Below, piece after piece: positions 1 to 12,724 of a DNA stretch of 64,000 bases. Under the pieces are notes generated by a model. That model was given only the letters and a program-made list of their open reading frames with translations. It searched no databases and had not been told where the DNA came from. Numbering within the stretch: position 1 is the stretch's first letter; each line of letters opens with the position of its first letter. Both the position numbers and the translations under genes were made by a program. Origin of the DNA: the human T2T-CHM13v2.0 reference genome, Homo sapiens; the NCBI RefSeq assembly GCF_009914755.1, contig NC_060947.1; one strand, given 5' to 3'.

Positions 1-598
1 ATTACAATCATTATACATAGTGCTTTTACTTTAAAAAGTAACTCTATTCAAAAGATGGTATTCTTCTCTCTGGTTGAAACAACATTATACATTTTAAGTA
101 ACAGAGTTTTCATAGTATTGTTTTAATATATAATGCACAGTTTTAGTAAAATGAAGTGTTCATGGTACTTTGCCCAATAGTAAATATGTGTAGAATCACT
201 ATCGCATTGATTTTCCTTATAATTTACAACCATTTTGAGCCTAATATAGATAATACTTCATTTTAGGTTCTTTACTTACCTAGGTAAATGTAGTACTTGA
301 TCTACTACAATGTAAATAAATGTTTCACCCTAACACATCTAGAACAATATGTCTTGCAATTGTACTAGAAAAGGTATAAATGTTATTTTGTGCAGTCAAT
401 GAACCTATAATAAACTTAAGAAAACATGCTGCTATTTTTGCTATTTTATAAATTAAGAAATCCTGCTGCTAAATTTCTACTTAGAAACTCTGCTCTGTTA
501 TAATCTTTTAAGGCAGTTGGTGAAGCTACAAAAATATTAGAGGGACTAATGGAATTCAGCCAAGACTTCTAGTAAAAACTATACATTCACATACATAC

Positions 599-600
<2 letters not shown>

Positions 601-642
<42 letters not shown>

Positions 643-652
643 TGTGTGTGTG
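601..652. repeat. (TG)17 TA (TG)8 microsatellite in intron 25
   Basis: Directly visible. Confidence 0.97.
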
Positions 653-659
653 CACGCGC

Positions 660-1720
660 TCAAGTATGGTGAGATATTGTTGGATCCTGGAAATTTTGAA
701 GGCAAAAACGACAGCATTTGGTGATAGATTTGATGTTCGGCTGTAAGAGAAATATAGGAGACAAGAAAATCTCGTGGGATTTGGCTTGAATAAGTGGAAA
801 GATGGAGGTGCCATTTGTAATAACAGGCAAATTTCTAGGGTAGTAGACTGGGGTATACATCAGGAATTTTGTTTTAACATGTTAGATTTAATATGCCTAT
901 TATTAATTGATGTGGAGGTGTTGAGTGGGCAAATGGGTATGCAGGTCTAGGATCATTAGAAAGGGTCCAGATTGTTAAAAAAAAAAAAAAAAAACTTACA
1001 GCAGGAACAACTTACAGATTACATTTAAAACTATGGAGCTTGATAAGTTGACCCGGAGAGTGAGTGGTAATAGGGGGAAAAAAAAAAGGAGTCCACAGAC
1101 TGAGCCCTGGAACACTTTCAAATTTAGTGGTCAGGGCAATAGAACCACCAAGGATATTGACAGTGGTCAGGGAAAACTAAGAGATAATTAAGAAAGAATG
1201 ATGACACAGAAGCCAACTGAATTTAGCGATTTAGTAATACGAATTCACTGATGACCCTGACAAAATCTGCTTTAATAGAATAGTGAGGATAACAGTTTGA
1301 TTAGCTCTCTTAATTGGCATCAAGAGAGAAGGGAAGGAGTGAAATGGAGAGAAAGGAATGTCTGTAAAGGGAAACGGGAATGGAGAGGTTGCTAGAGAGA
1401 TTGTTGTCCAATTGAGGATTCTTTTAAATGACAGGAGATATTACAGAATAATTCTCTACTGATGGGAATGATGGGAATGATGTAGCGTGGAGAAGATGTA
1501 GGAGGTAGAGGGCTGTTCATTAGCTGTTACAATGTCCTTGTGCAGAGACAAGGGAAAGGGATCCAGGTACGTAAGTGGAAAAGCTGGCCTTAGACAAAAG
1601 CACAGAAAGTTCATCTATGTAAACAAAGGGAAAGTAGAGTCTGTGAGCTTATATGCAGGTCAGTGGGAGTACTGCAACTTCTATTCTGATTGCTTATATT
1701 TTCTCGGTAAAACAAGAAGC
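660..1720 (-). mobile_element. Degenerate L2 LINE
   Basis: Motifs such as gatggaggtgccattt and ttttgttttaacatgttagattt resemble the reverse complement of L2; boundaries approximate. Confidence 0.6.
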
Positions 1721-2089
1721 TAGTTTTTGCAGAAAGATGGAAAAACAGACTGTTAGAGATCTGACGAAAGAGATCTGGGGATCACTACACCCAAAGAGTA
1801 TACTGACCCAGAGAAAGACAATGATCTGCAAGCTGGCAGAAAGACATCCACGTAACCTCTAAATCCCATTTATTGATAACTATTTACTATAAATTTAAAG
1901 CCACTAATAATTAAAATATATAACCATATATTATTTACTTAGAAAGTATACATGTTTTATAATTCTATATATGTAGGTTTCTATTTGTTTTCTATCTAAC
2001 AAACATGTACAGTGATTAATCTAGGTTAGATGAGGCTCTATACACCTTGAAAAGATGAATTCATTTAATTATTATATACTTATGAATTA

Positions 2090-2240
2090 TGTATTAATAT
2101 CATCACATTTTAAAGATTGGGAGACTCAAGCACAAAAAGGTTAAACAACTTTTCTAGAATCACACAGGCAGTTTATGATGTGGATAGACTTAAACCCAGG
2201 CGATCTGATCTCAGAGCTTCTGGTCTTACACACTGTGCCT
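2090..2240 (-). mobile_element. MIR fragment
   Basis: gagactcaagcacaaaaaggttaaacaactt...atcacacag...taaacccaggc resembles the MIR core. Confidence 0.6.
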
Positions 2241-2266
2241 TTCCATCCACAAAAAAAATATTCTCC

Positions 2267-3370
2267 AGTATTTGACCGCGTGTGTCTGGTTTATTTCACT
2301 TAGCATACTATCCTCCAAGTTCATCTATGCTGCTGCAAATGGAAGAATTTTCTTTTTTAAAGCTACATAATATTCCGTTATATGCATATACCATGTTTTA
2401 TTTATTTGACAATATACATTTAGATTGTTTCCATGTCTTGGCTATTGTAAATATTGCTGCTGTAAACATAGGGGTGCAGATACCTCCTTGAGATCCTGAT
2501 TTTATTTCCTTTGGATATATATCCAGAAGCGGGATTGGTGAATCAAATGGGAATTCTATTTGTAATTTTTTGAGGAACCTCCAAACTGTTCTCCCAAATG
2601 GCTGCACCAATTTACATTCCAACCAACACCATAAAAGAATTCCCTTTTCTCCACATTCTTGCCAACACTTAGTATCTTTTGCTTTGTTTTGTTCTGATAA
2701 TAGCCACCCTAACAGGTATGAAGAGGTTCTTGTGGCTTTTAACTGCATTTTTCAGATGATTAGTGATGCACCTTTTCATATACCTGTTGGTCATTTCTAC
2801 GTATTCTTTAGAGAAATGACTATTCAAGTCCTGTGCTCATTTTTAATCAGGTTATTTTTCAGTTTTATTTTTGCTATTGAATTTTAGAAGTTCCTTATAT
2901 ATTTTGGATATTAATCATTTGCCAGACATATGATTTGTGAATATTTCCTTCCATTCCCTAGAATCTAAAATAGTCAAACTCACAGAACTAGAGAGTAGAA
3001 TAGTGGTTTCCAAAGGCTGAGAGAGGGGAAAATGGCAAAATGATGCCCAAAGGATACAAAGCTTCAGTTATGCAAGATGAATTAGCTCTGCAGATCTACT
3101 GTACAACATTGGGCCTATAGTTAAAAATACTGTATTGTTAAAAATATTCCAAGAGGATAGATCTTAGGAGCTCTTATCACAAAACAAAAAAAATAAATAA
3201 ATTAAGGGGCAGAAGGAAACTTTTGGAGGTGATAGGTAAGTTTATCATCTTGAATGTGGTAATAAGTCTCATGGGTATACGCTTATCCCCAAACTAATCA
3301 AGTTGTATAAATTAAATATGTACAGCTTTTGGTATGTCAGTCATACCTCAACAAAGTGGTTTAAACAAAA
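2267..3370 (+). mobile_element. Old L1M (L1MA/L1MB-like) with inverted 5' segment (2267-2958 antisense, 2959-3370 sense 3' UTR)
   Basis: ORF 2398..2748 (-) is ORF2 C-terminal sequence (CTPMFTAAIFTIAKTWKQ); 3' UTR ends atacctcaacaaag; TSD remnant aaaaata(ga)ttctc on both sides. Confidence 0.85.
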
Positions 3371-3889
3371 ATAGATTCTCTTCCATCTCTAAGAGTTTAC
3401 GAATTATCCAATTTGACCAAGCATTTTAGGGATGGGAGCATGGGGAAATCTTCTCAATAGGCAAGAAACAGTATCTTATATACATGTTATCTTTATTTTT
3501 ATGTACCTCGTTTATATGCCCAGTTTGAAAAGTGTACTTGACTTCCAGATACATGTCTGATTGTCTTTTTCTCCGAAATAAATATGGCTAAGATGGAACC
3601 GCTAGTCACTCTAGTAAGCTATTCCATTTTGTTCTTCTCTTAGTACCCACTCTTTCTTTAAAATCACAATGACCTACAATGTAGCTCATAACAGAAATAT
3701 ATCTGAAAACACTTTGATTCTTCCCTCATTCTTCCTCTAGACTATCAACAAACACTCTCCTTCAGCAAGTACTGCCAGATCTAATGGGATCTGTTAAAAA
3801 GAATAAAGGAATGTGTCATGTTAGGATAGGAATAATACTTCTGGGTAGATGTAAGTGTGAAAGTCCTCATCAAAAATGTAATGAGGATA

Positions 3890-4355
3890 CTAATCCTCTG
3901 TTGGATGAGTAGTTTGCAAATATTTTTTCCCATTCTGTGGATTGTCTTTTCATTCTGTTTACTGTTTCCTTTGCTGTGCAGAAGCTAGAAACTCAGATAT
4001 CATAAAAAGAAAAATAACGATTTTATGATATAAAACATCATATCATATGTGGATGTGATGGGATTCAAAAATGGGCAAATAATCTGAACAGTTATTTCCA
4101 AAAGAAGAAAAAAATGGCCAATTAATATATGAAAAAAAAATTCCACATCGGTAATCATCAAATAAATGCAAACCAAAACCACAATGAGGTATCACCTCAC
4201 CCCAGCTAGGATGTATATTGCCAAAAAGACAAAAAATAATTGTTGGCACGGATGCAGATAAAAAGGAACTACACTACACTGTTAGTGGGAATATAAATGG
4301 TACAGTCACTGTAGAGAACAGCATGGAGGTTCCTCAGAAAACTACAATATCCACA
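3890..4355 (+). mobile_element. L1 ORF2 3' fragment with short inverted 5' piece (3890-3986 antisense)
   Basis: gtttgcaaatattttttcccattctgtgg...gtgcagaagc is antisense, followed by sense aaaatgggcaaa...accacaatgaggtatcacctcaccccag. Confidence 0.8.
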
Positions 4356-4359
4356 AATA

Positions 4360-4980
4360 TCCCCTTTTTCCTGCCTGTTTTTTTTTTCTACCTGGACAAT
4401 TGCAATCCCTACCTGCTTCCACTTCAGCCCTTTTGATTTATTCTTCTTCTAATAGGAATATGCAGCAAACTTAAAACAACCATTTTAAATGAAATGAAAT
4501 GATGCCACTCCTATGCTTAAAAGTCAGATGACTTTCCAAAGTACTTGACATAATGACTAAATCATCACTGTGGCTTCCATATTCCTTTCTGACTCATTTT
4601 CCCACTCTTTTTCTCCTGGCTTCCTTTGAGCTCCTCAAACATGCTAAGCCCTCTCTTGCCTCAGATGTTTTCTCCACTTCATTTTCTGGCAGAATTCCTT
4701 GACACAACAAATTGTCAAGTTCCTACTACTCGGGTATCAGCTTTAATTTCGCCTCTTCAGAAAACACTCTACTGACTACCCAATAGAAAGTAGTTTTCCT
4801 GCTCCTGTCACTCTCATTTAAAGGGTTCTTATTGCTACATTCAGAGTGTAAGCAAGACTTCAAACAAGACATTGTTGTGATAATGTGTTAACCTATTTAC
4901 TTTCCATTTTCACCACTAAACTATTATCTCCGTGAAGGTAACTACAATGTCTATTTTATTCCCTCACTTATATCTGATCA
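4360..4980 (+). mobile_element. Degenerate L2 3' region
   Basis: ctcctcaaacatgctaagc...ctcttgcctcag and ccactaaactattatctccgtgaaggta match L2 motifs; boundaries approximate. Confidence 0.55.
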
Positions 4981-6120
4981 TTTTTTTAGAAATAGCTAGA
5001 ATCTAGATTTTTAAACTTATATACATACCCTTTAAAATTTAAAATAATAACCATTTTATATACCCAAAATTAGATCATGGGATGTGAAAGCATCTTCAAA
5101 TGTATCAGATATTTGGACAATTTTGTTTCAAATTATTTATGTTTTCGCAGACATTGGCATCTGGTGACAAAAAAGGAATTATCTTTAACCCAAAAGAGTG
5201 TATCACACACTTATTTTGTCTGTAGATATTTCTGTAATGCATAGATTTACACTTCATTTCCATTATTCTCTCTGGAATGCTGAATTGGTAACAATATTCA
5301 CATATGGCTTCCTTGTTTTTACCGCATCGTCTTCTTCTTCTCCTTGAGCGCCATTGTTCCTTCCTTTTACAACCTAACTCATTTGGCTACAAAGTCAGAA
5401 CATGGCCAGAGTGATACTTGTAGGAAAAGCACAGATACATATAATATTCTAAGATTAGAAAATGGAGATCAGAACATAGCTTGGATCTATAGCTTTTTTG
5501 CTATGCAACAGATGAGTGTGTTTAAAATATATCTCTTGAACAACAAATTCTTAGTACATATAACAGACATAAGGTCTTAAGCAAAGACATTTTTAGAGAG
5601 CCTTTACAAATTGTACTCCTGTAAAATGTAAAAACCTTGAGGTTTTAGTAATATTGTTGGTTTTATACTTTTTTTTTTTGGCTGATGTTTTCCCCTTGCT
5701 CTACATAAATTGGTGATGTTCTTTTTATTCATCCATTAAGAACATTCAACAAACAAAAAACAAATACCTTTCACACTGGCCTTCCAGGAAAACATCAATG
5801 GTATAATCTATTATTTAAGTAATATTTTTTTTTTTTCCTAAACAACTCTTCTAGCACTGACTTACTTCAGGAGAAGAATGTGAGCTAGCTGACCCAGGGA
5901 CAGCTCATCTGTGAATTAACAGAACCAATGAACACTTGTCAGTGATTGTATTAGCTGAGTGATTTCCCTTGACTTTTCTAATTTTTTTTTTCATTTTCAA
6001 ATGTAGCTTTTGCCTTTTGACATTACTTCTTTTCTATTTTGAAAGTTTACTTAGCAGTAACCAAAGACCAACTGCCTCTAACACGTAAATTGAAACCCCT
6101 TATTAATTTCCAAAAAGGTA

Positions 6121-6425
6121 CAGTAGTTCCCTTGTATCTTTGGAAGATATGTTCATACCAAGACCTCCAATAGATGCCTGAAACCATGGATGATACCTAA
6201 CCCTATATACACTAGATTTTTTCCTACTCATACATACCTATAAAATTTAATTTATAAATTAGGCATAGTAAGAGATTAACAACTAATAAAATAGAACAAG
6301 TTATCTCTCTTCTTCTCCCTCTCAAAATATCTTATTTTACTGTGCTCACCGATTTTAGGATTCCAATTGACCACAAGCATTTGAAACCAGGGAAAGCAAA
6401 ACTGCAGATGATCGGGGACTAATGT
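6121..6425. mobile_element. TcMar-Tigger MITE (Tigger2-like)
   Basis: Terminal inverted repeats cagtagttccc...gatcggggactaatg flanked by TA; internal gatgcctgaaaccatggat...accctatatac. Confidence 0.75.
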
Positions 6426-6689
6426 ATTGGTGAACTTAAAAGTATTCATTGCTTTAGTTCAAAATTTTATCTTTCGAACAAGAAGTATTTGATATACACT
6501 ATTTTTGAATATATCTTACTATCCATAATTGAATATTTAAATATAAGAGAGATATCTATAAAATATTCTTCTGTAGAAAAATGAGAAACTCAAATATGAG
6601 TGTACAGTCATTTTGTGTGTGTTTTTTTTTGAAATTCAGCTATTCTTAATGGTTACTGAATCTTAATTGTTATTTAAAACTAGATGTCA

Positions 6690-7028
<339 letters not shown>

Positions 7029-7453
7029 TTAATCGAAAGTTATAATTATTTATCCTATTTCTACATACACATATATTAGCCATGCATTTTATTTTGTACC
7101 AAATATCTCCGTGTAACAAATTTTTCTTAATCCCATTATTATTATACATTTATGTTCTGAAGAAAACATGGATTGGAAATAATGACTAAGAATAGGATTT
7201 CATTTTTTAGTATGACAGTTGTGTTCAAGAAAGTCATTTTAGGATCAAAATAAGATGAATGTGTACTATTTAAAATATATACCATGAAAATATTTAGATA
7301 TGCTAGAAAAAAGATTAATTTGTCAGAATTAATTGTGCTTTAAAGCAAAAACATAGGAACAAAGCCTTAACCAAAAGTAACGGTGAAGGGAGACATTAGG
7401 AAATCTTAGTTAAGTACGTTGAGGCAAGCCACAGTGAAAGAGATTGTCTATAC

Positions 7454-7609
7454 CTGTTGGCACATGTGATCCCACTGAGTGTTAAGTTCTTTGAGTTCTG
7501 TCTCAAGTCTCGAAGCAAACTCTGGCTCTGCTTCATTCTTTATCTTCTGCCCACCTTCATTGACACTGTTTAGACTGGGCTGAATTGTCTGAATATCACT
7601 GACTAAAAG
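7454..7609 (-). CDS. DMD: Dystrophin exon 25 (156 bp), LLVSDIQTIQPSLNSVNEGGQKIKNEAEPEFASRLETELKELNTQWDHMCQQ
   Basis: Acceptor ttttcttag|CTTTTA, donor CAACAG|gtatag; read manually. Confidence 0.98.
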
Positions 7610-8302
7610 CTAAGAAAATAAATCAATTTAAGCCAGCTGAAAAAAATTACTGCCACATATTAGATATGAAACATAGCTAGAAAATGTAAAATTGGGACTG
7701 ATGGCATTGCATATGGATTTTTGTCTTTTAAAATCTGAGATACAGAGATATTGATATAGACGACTGCCTAACAGTCTTGCAAAAATGTTCAATGGTTATT
7801 ATGGCATGAATCCAGTGGGGAATTATTTGTATTCTACTTATATCAGAAACAAAAGGAAATAAATTTAATATTTCTGGTTAGAAAAATGTGTGAAAATGAT
7901 GGGCTTCATACTTTATTATCTTTGTTAGTATTTTCATTTTCAAACACAGGATATTGCAGAAATTGTTTACAGTGTAATGGGTGTGAAGGTTATTTGTGAG
8001 GTGGATTTGCTTTTTTAGCTTGTATTGTAAAAAAATTTCCTTAAAGAGCAAGATTGTTTTCTTCCTGCTGCATGACAATGGTATAATGAATATTATTTCA
8101 AAATGCATACTGTGTTATATTATAGTACAGTGCATTATAGATGAAGAGAACAACACAGTATGAATAGTAATTTGTCATAAGAAATAACAAGTAGCTCAAA
8201 GGATTCTTTACCTTTAAATTATACTGCATTTTATAGTAAAATAATGTTATCAAATGAGGTTGAGTACAAGGCAATGTTTTGTCAGTTCCTCATTTACTCA
8301 AC

Positions 8303-8538
8303 CCAGGGTTTCTCAACATTGGCACTAGTGACATTTTAGATTGTGCAGTTCCTTGTTCTGGAGGAATGTTCTATGGACTGTACGATATTTAGCAGCATCT
8401 CTCTCCTCTACCTATTAGACACCAGTAGCATCTAACCACCACCCCCAACCCAGCTGTGACAATCAAAAACGTCTAGAAACATTAAAAAAAATCCACTGGG
8501 GAGAGGAGAGCAAAATCCACCCCAGCTGTAAAACACTG
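8303..8538. mobile_element. MER20 (hAT-Charlie) in intron 24
   Basis: cagggtttctcaacattggcactagtgacatttt...tgtgacaatcaaaaacgtctagaaacatt...aaacactg. Confidence 0.85.
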
Positions 8539-8600
8539 ATCTAACCAAATAATATTCATACAAAATTATTCATATTAAAGGCATCATATAAAAATCTTAC

Positions 8601-8714
8601 TCTGCACTGTTTCAGCTGCTTTTTTAGAATTTCTGAATCCCCAAGGGCAGGCCATTCCTCCTTCAGAAAAACATCAACTTCAGCCATCCATTTCTTCAGG
8701 GTTTGTATGTGATT
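8601..8714 (-). CDS. DMD: Dystrophin exon 24 (114 bp), NHIQTLKKWMAEVDVFLKEEWPALGDSEILKKQLKQCR
   Basis: Acceptor cgtttcag|AATCAC, donor TGCAGA|gtaaga; read manually. Confidence 0.98.
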
Positions 8715-9469
8715 CTGAAACGAGACCCGTTATAAGGCATTACTGGTGTGCTGATTACTTTTAACACAATTCATCATTGTGTTATGTCTAAACACAGGCC
8801 CAAAAACAATTCCCATGTTTAAAGGATGTCTCTAAGTAGTTCTTGAGGCAAAGAATATTTTTACTAAGACTGCATTTTTATGGTCTACTGTATGAGCACT
8901 GGTGTGTGAAGTCTGCTATTGTTAAAAATACAAAATTACTACCAAATGTGGTTTTATGATGTTACTCTCGAGAACATTAAATCATATCCCCCTCTAGAGA
9001 AATTTTAAGTTACAAAACAACTCATGAGAATACTAAAAATGTGTCCTTACAGTACATAAAACAAACTATGAACAATAAACTCAATGTAATGGTGTCTTTA
9101 TAGCCTCCCTAAACCCGAACTTTCACAAATTATTTTCTACAGATGACAGTTTAAATAGTCCTTCCAGTTGGGAACTTTTGGACTAATATTTTGTCATCTT
9201 CAAAGACAGAGCTTTTGCTTTTATTTGTCTGACCAGTACGAAGTAATGATCAGGTAAAAATCATCATCTTTTATCATTTATAAATAGCCAGTATCTCTCA
9301 CCCATGATTCTTTCCCGTATTACCTTTTTTTCTGCTGTTTTGCCACTTCTAAAAAGTATGATTCAACTATGCTGTCTACATGTGTTATTTTCTTCTGTTT
9401 TACTTAAATTTACATTGAAAATATGTGCTCCACAGAAAGTTTCCCCTTTAATGTGATTATTAATAATAA

Positions 9470-9899
<430 letters not shown>

Positions 9900-10459
9900 T
9901 GTTCAGGTCTCATTAGTGACTCCATTAATGCACTGGCTCGTTTTGATATCTGCCTCGGTCTCACCTCATTCTAATTACTGATCTACAGTGATGCCAGTAA
10001 TCTCCTCTCCTCCTTCCTCTCATCTTGGGAATGTTTTGAAAACACAAGTGGAATCATATTATTTCCCTCTTTAACCAATAGCAGTTTTTTCTTATTAAGT
10101 TTTTATTGTTATTATTATCAGTCCCATCACCACTAGATTAAAACTCAGATTGTAAAACATAGCATCCAAGGACATTCACTGTCTACTCTCAATCCAGTTT
10201 TCCAACCATAATATTTTATTAATCCCCATATATATTGTCTACCCAGTGTTGAACTTATATCATTTAACTGAAAATGCTGCTATGCTTTCTCAAGAACTCT
10301 TTCTTTCTCGGTATTAGCTAACTAAATTCTACCTATTTAATCTATAGCAGAGACAACCTATGTTCCGATAATATTTCATAATCCTTTTTCCTAGTTTATG
10401 TTGGATTTCCTTCCTGCCTACTGTGACAACCTTTCCCATACTGTTTAATTTATTTACCA

Positions 10460-10986
10460 TGCAAGGCTGAATAATGTTACCCCCAAGATGTCCTCACCCT
10501 AATCTCTGAAACCTGTGAGTATATTACCAGAAAGGACTTTGCAGATGTGATTACATTAAGGATTCTGAGATGGGGAGATTATACTGGATCATCCACCAGG
10601 GCATAATGTAATCACAAAGGTCCTAATTAAAAGGAAGTCAACACAGGGAACAGGATAGGGAAAGGAAGGTGAGAAGGAGAGGTAGAAAGAGAGGGAGAGG
10701 GAGATAGACAGGGAGAGAGAAATTGACACTAGATGATGTTACACTGCTGACTTTGAAGATGGAGGATGGGGACATGAGACAAGGAATGCTTCTAGAAGCT
10801 AAAAATGCCAATAAAACAGACTCTGTCGCAAAGCCTCCAAAACAGACAAAGTCCTGCTGACACCTTAATTTTAGCCCACTGAGACTAATCCTGAACTTTT
10901 GACTTCCAGAACTCTAATAAATTTGTGTTGCTTGAAGTTATTAAATTTCCGGCAATTTGTTAGGAGTGCCATAGGAAATGAATACA
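10460..10986 (+). mobile_element. MaLR LTR (MLT1D-like)
   Basis: tg...gctgaataatg...ggactttgcagatgtgatta...gactttgaagatgga...aataaatttgtgttg...aataca. Confidence 0.85.
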
Positions 10987-11539
10987 CCTACCTTCCTCCT
11001 TCACTAGAATGTGGGCTCCTTGATAACAAGAGCCATGTAATTGTGCCCTCTTAGGCCACTGGTCTTGACAAATAATAGATATTTTCATGCAGTATTTACA
11101 TAGGTATGCATGTACACATATGTTTATAAGTAAAGAAATGCTATGCATTAAAAAATGTTTTAGGTTTGCTTAGTGCTTTGGTTTGTAAAAGGTAAGCACA
11201 AAAACTAAGCAGCTAGACTGGGATTTAAATCCAGGAGCATATTGTTGCAATGTTTTTCCATCATACCATAACGTTTTCGACATTTCCTTCCCAGCATTAA
11301 CATTTGTCACAATAATTGACCACTCAAGGGACACATTACTTACCTTATTGAATATTTTAGGCTTTTAGACCTTAATGCAATTGTTGGTTTACTGTTTTTC
11401 TTTAGCTTGAGTGGTTATTAGTATGGTGGCACTATTCAAACAAATTAAGTCAAGGGAATTTGGTTTCAGGAAGAAGGTGATGTGGTAAAATTTAAGCATA
11501 TAATTACAAATTCGATATGGTGATAAAATAAGTTATTAC

Positions 11540-11719
11540 TATATATTACATATGTAACATTAATATACATATACAACAGGTTACATATGTGATATATATT
11601 ACATTAGATATGTATATATGTACATGATATATAATTCCATTATACACGTATATATATATATATACACACATATATACATGTTATATGTATGTGTGTGTAT
11701 ATATATACATATATATATG
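11540..11719. repeat. Degenerate (TA)/(TG)/(CA) low-complexity tract
   Basis: Directly visible. Confidence 0.85.
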
Positions 11720-11921
11720 GAAGCTAAAAATGCCAATAACACACATTCTCTTTCAAAGTCTCCAAAACAGACACAGTTCTGCTAACACCTTAATTTTAGC
11801 CCACAGAGATTAATTCTGAACTTCTGACCTCCAGAACAGTAATGTAATAAATTTGTGTTGTTTGAAGCCATTAAATTTCTGCTAATTTCTTAGGAGTATC
11901 ATAGGACATTAATACACCTAC
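11720..11921 (+). repeat. Diverged local copy of the 3' ~200 bp of the MLT1 at 10795-10991
   Basis: Both copies start gaagctaaaaatgccaataa and end aatacacctac. Confidence 0.85.
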
Positions 11922-12511
11922 ATTTCTACTGCACATATACATATATGGAGTTATACATAATGGGATGAATATATAATGCAATTTTATGAACATATCACCA
12001 TATTTTATATATAATAGCACATATAGACAGCATAGTTGACTCCTACTTTTTATAAGTAGCAAAACAGCAGAAATGAAAGGTAATATAGGAAATAATCATA
12101 TACATACTATACATTATATATATAAAATGATTACAATATACCTCTGTGTAATGTATATATACATAACTTTTTTCTAGTCATAAGCTAAATGATTACCCGT
12201 ATCTTAAAAGACAACCAGACTAAATGGATGATTGGTTTTGAAAATTATTAAACTAAAAACATGTTTAATTCCTATTGGTAATGGTGAAAATAGAAAATTC
12301 ATTCTAAAAACACTGAGAAAACTCCTATTCTTTTCCTAGAAGGAATAAGCAAATCGCCATCCTTTGTAAAAGACTCATGTCTTTTCATCTTCTCACTAAC
12401 TTTGAAAGATGCTGAAGGTCAAATGCTTATGTACCTTTACAGTTTACAGTGTATCGTTAGGGAAAAAACAAGTAAATAAAAATGAGGGTAGAAAGTAAAA
12501 TCTTGAATTAC

Positions 12512-12724
12512 CTGAATTTTTCGGAGTTTATTCATTTGCTCCTCTAGCTTTTGACAATGCTCAACCAGCTGGGAGGAGAGCTTCTTCCAGCGTCCCTCAA
12601 TTTCTTCAAATTCTGATTGATATTTCCGGCTAATTTCAGAGGGCGCTTTCTTCGACATCTCTTTCACAGTGGTGCTGAGATAGTATAGGCCACTTTGTTG
12701 CTCTTGCAGAGAACTTTGTAAAGC
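12512..12724 (-). CDS. DMD: Dystrophin exon 23 (213 bp), ALQSSLQEQQSGLYYLSTTVKEMSKK...KLRKIQ
   Basis: Acceptor tttttag|GCTTTA, donor ATTCAG|gtaatt; overlaps ORF 12437..12667; orthologue of the exon mutated in the mdx mouse. Confidence 0.98.
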
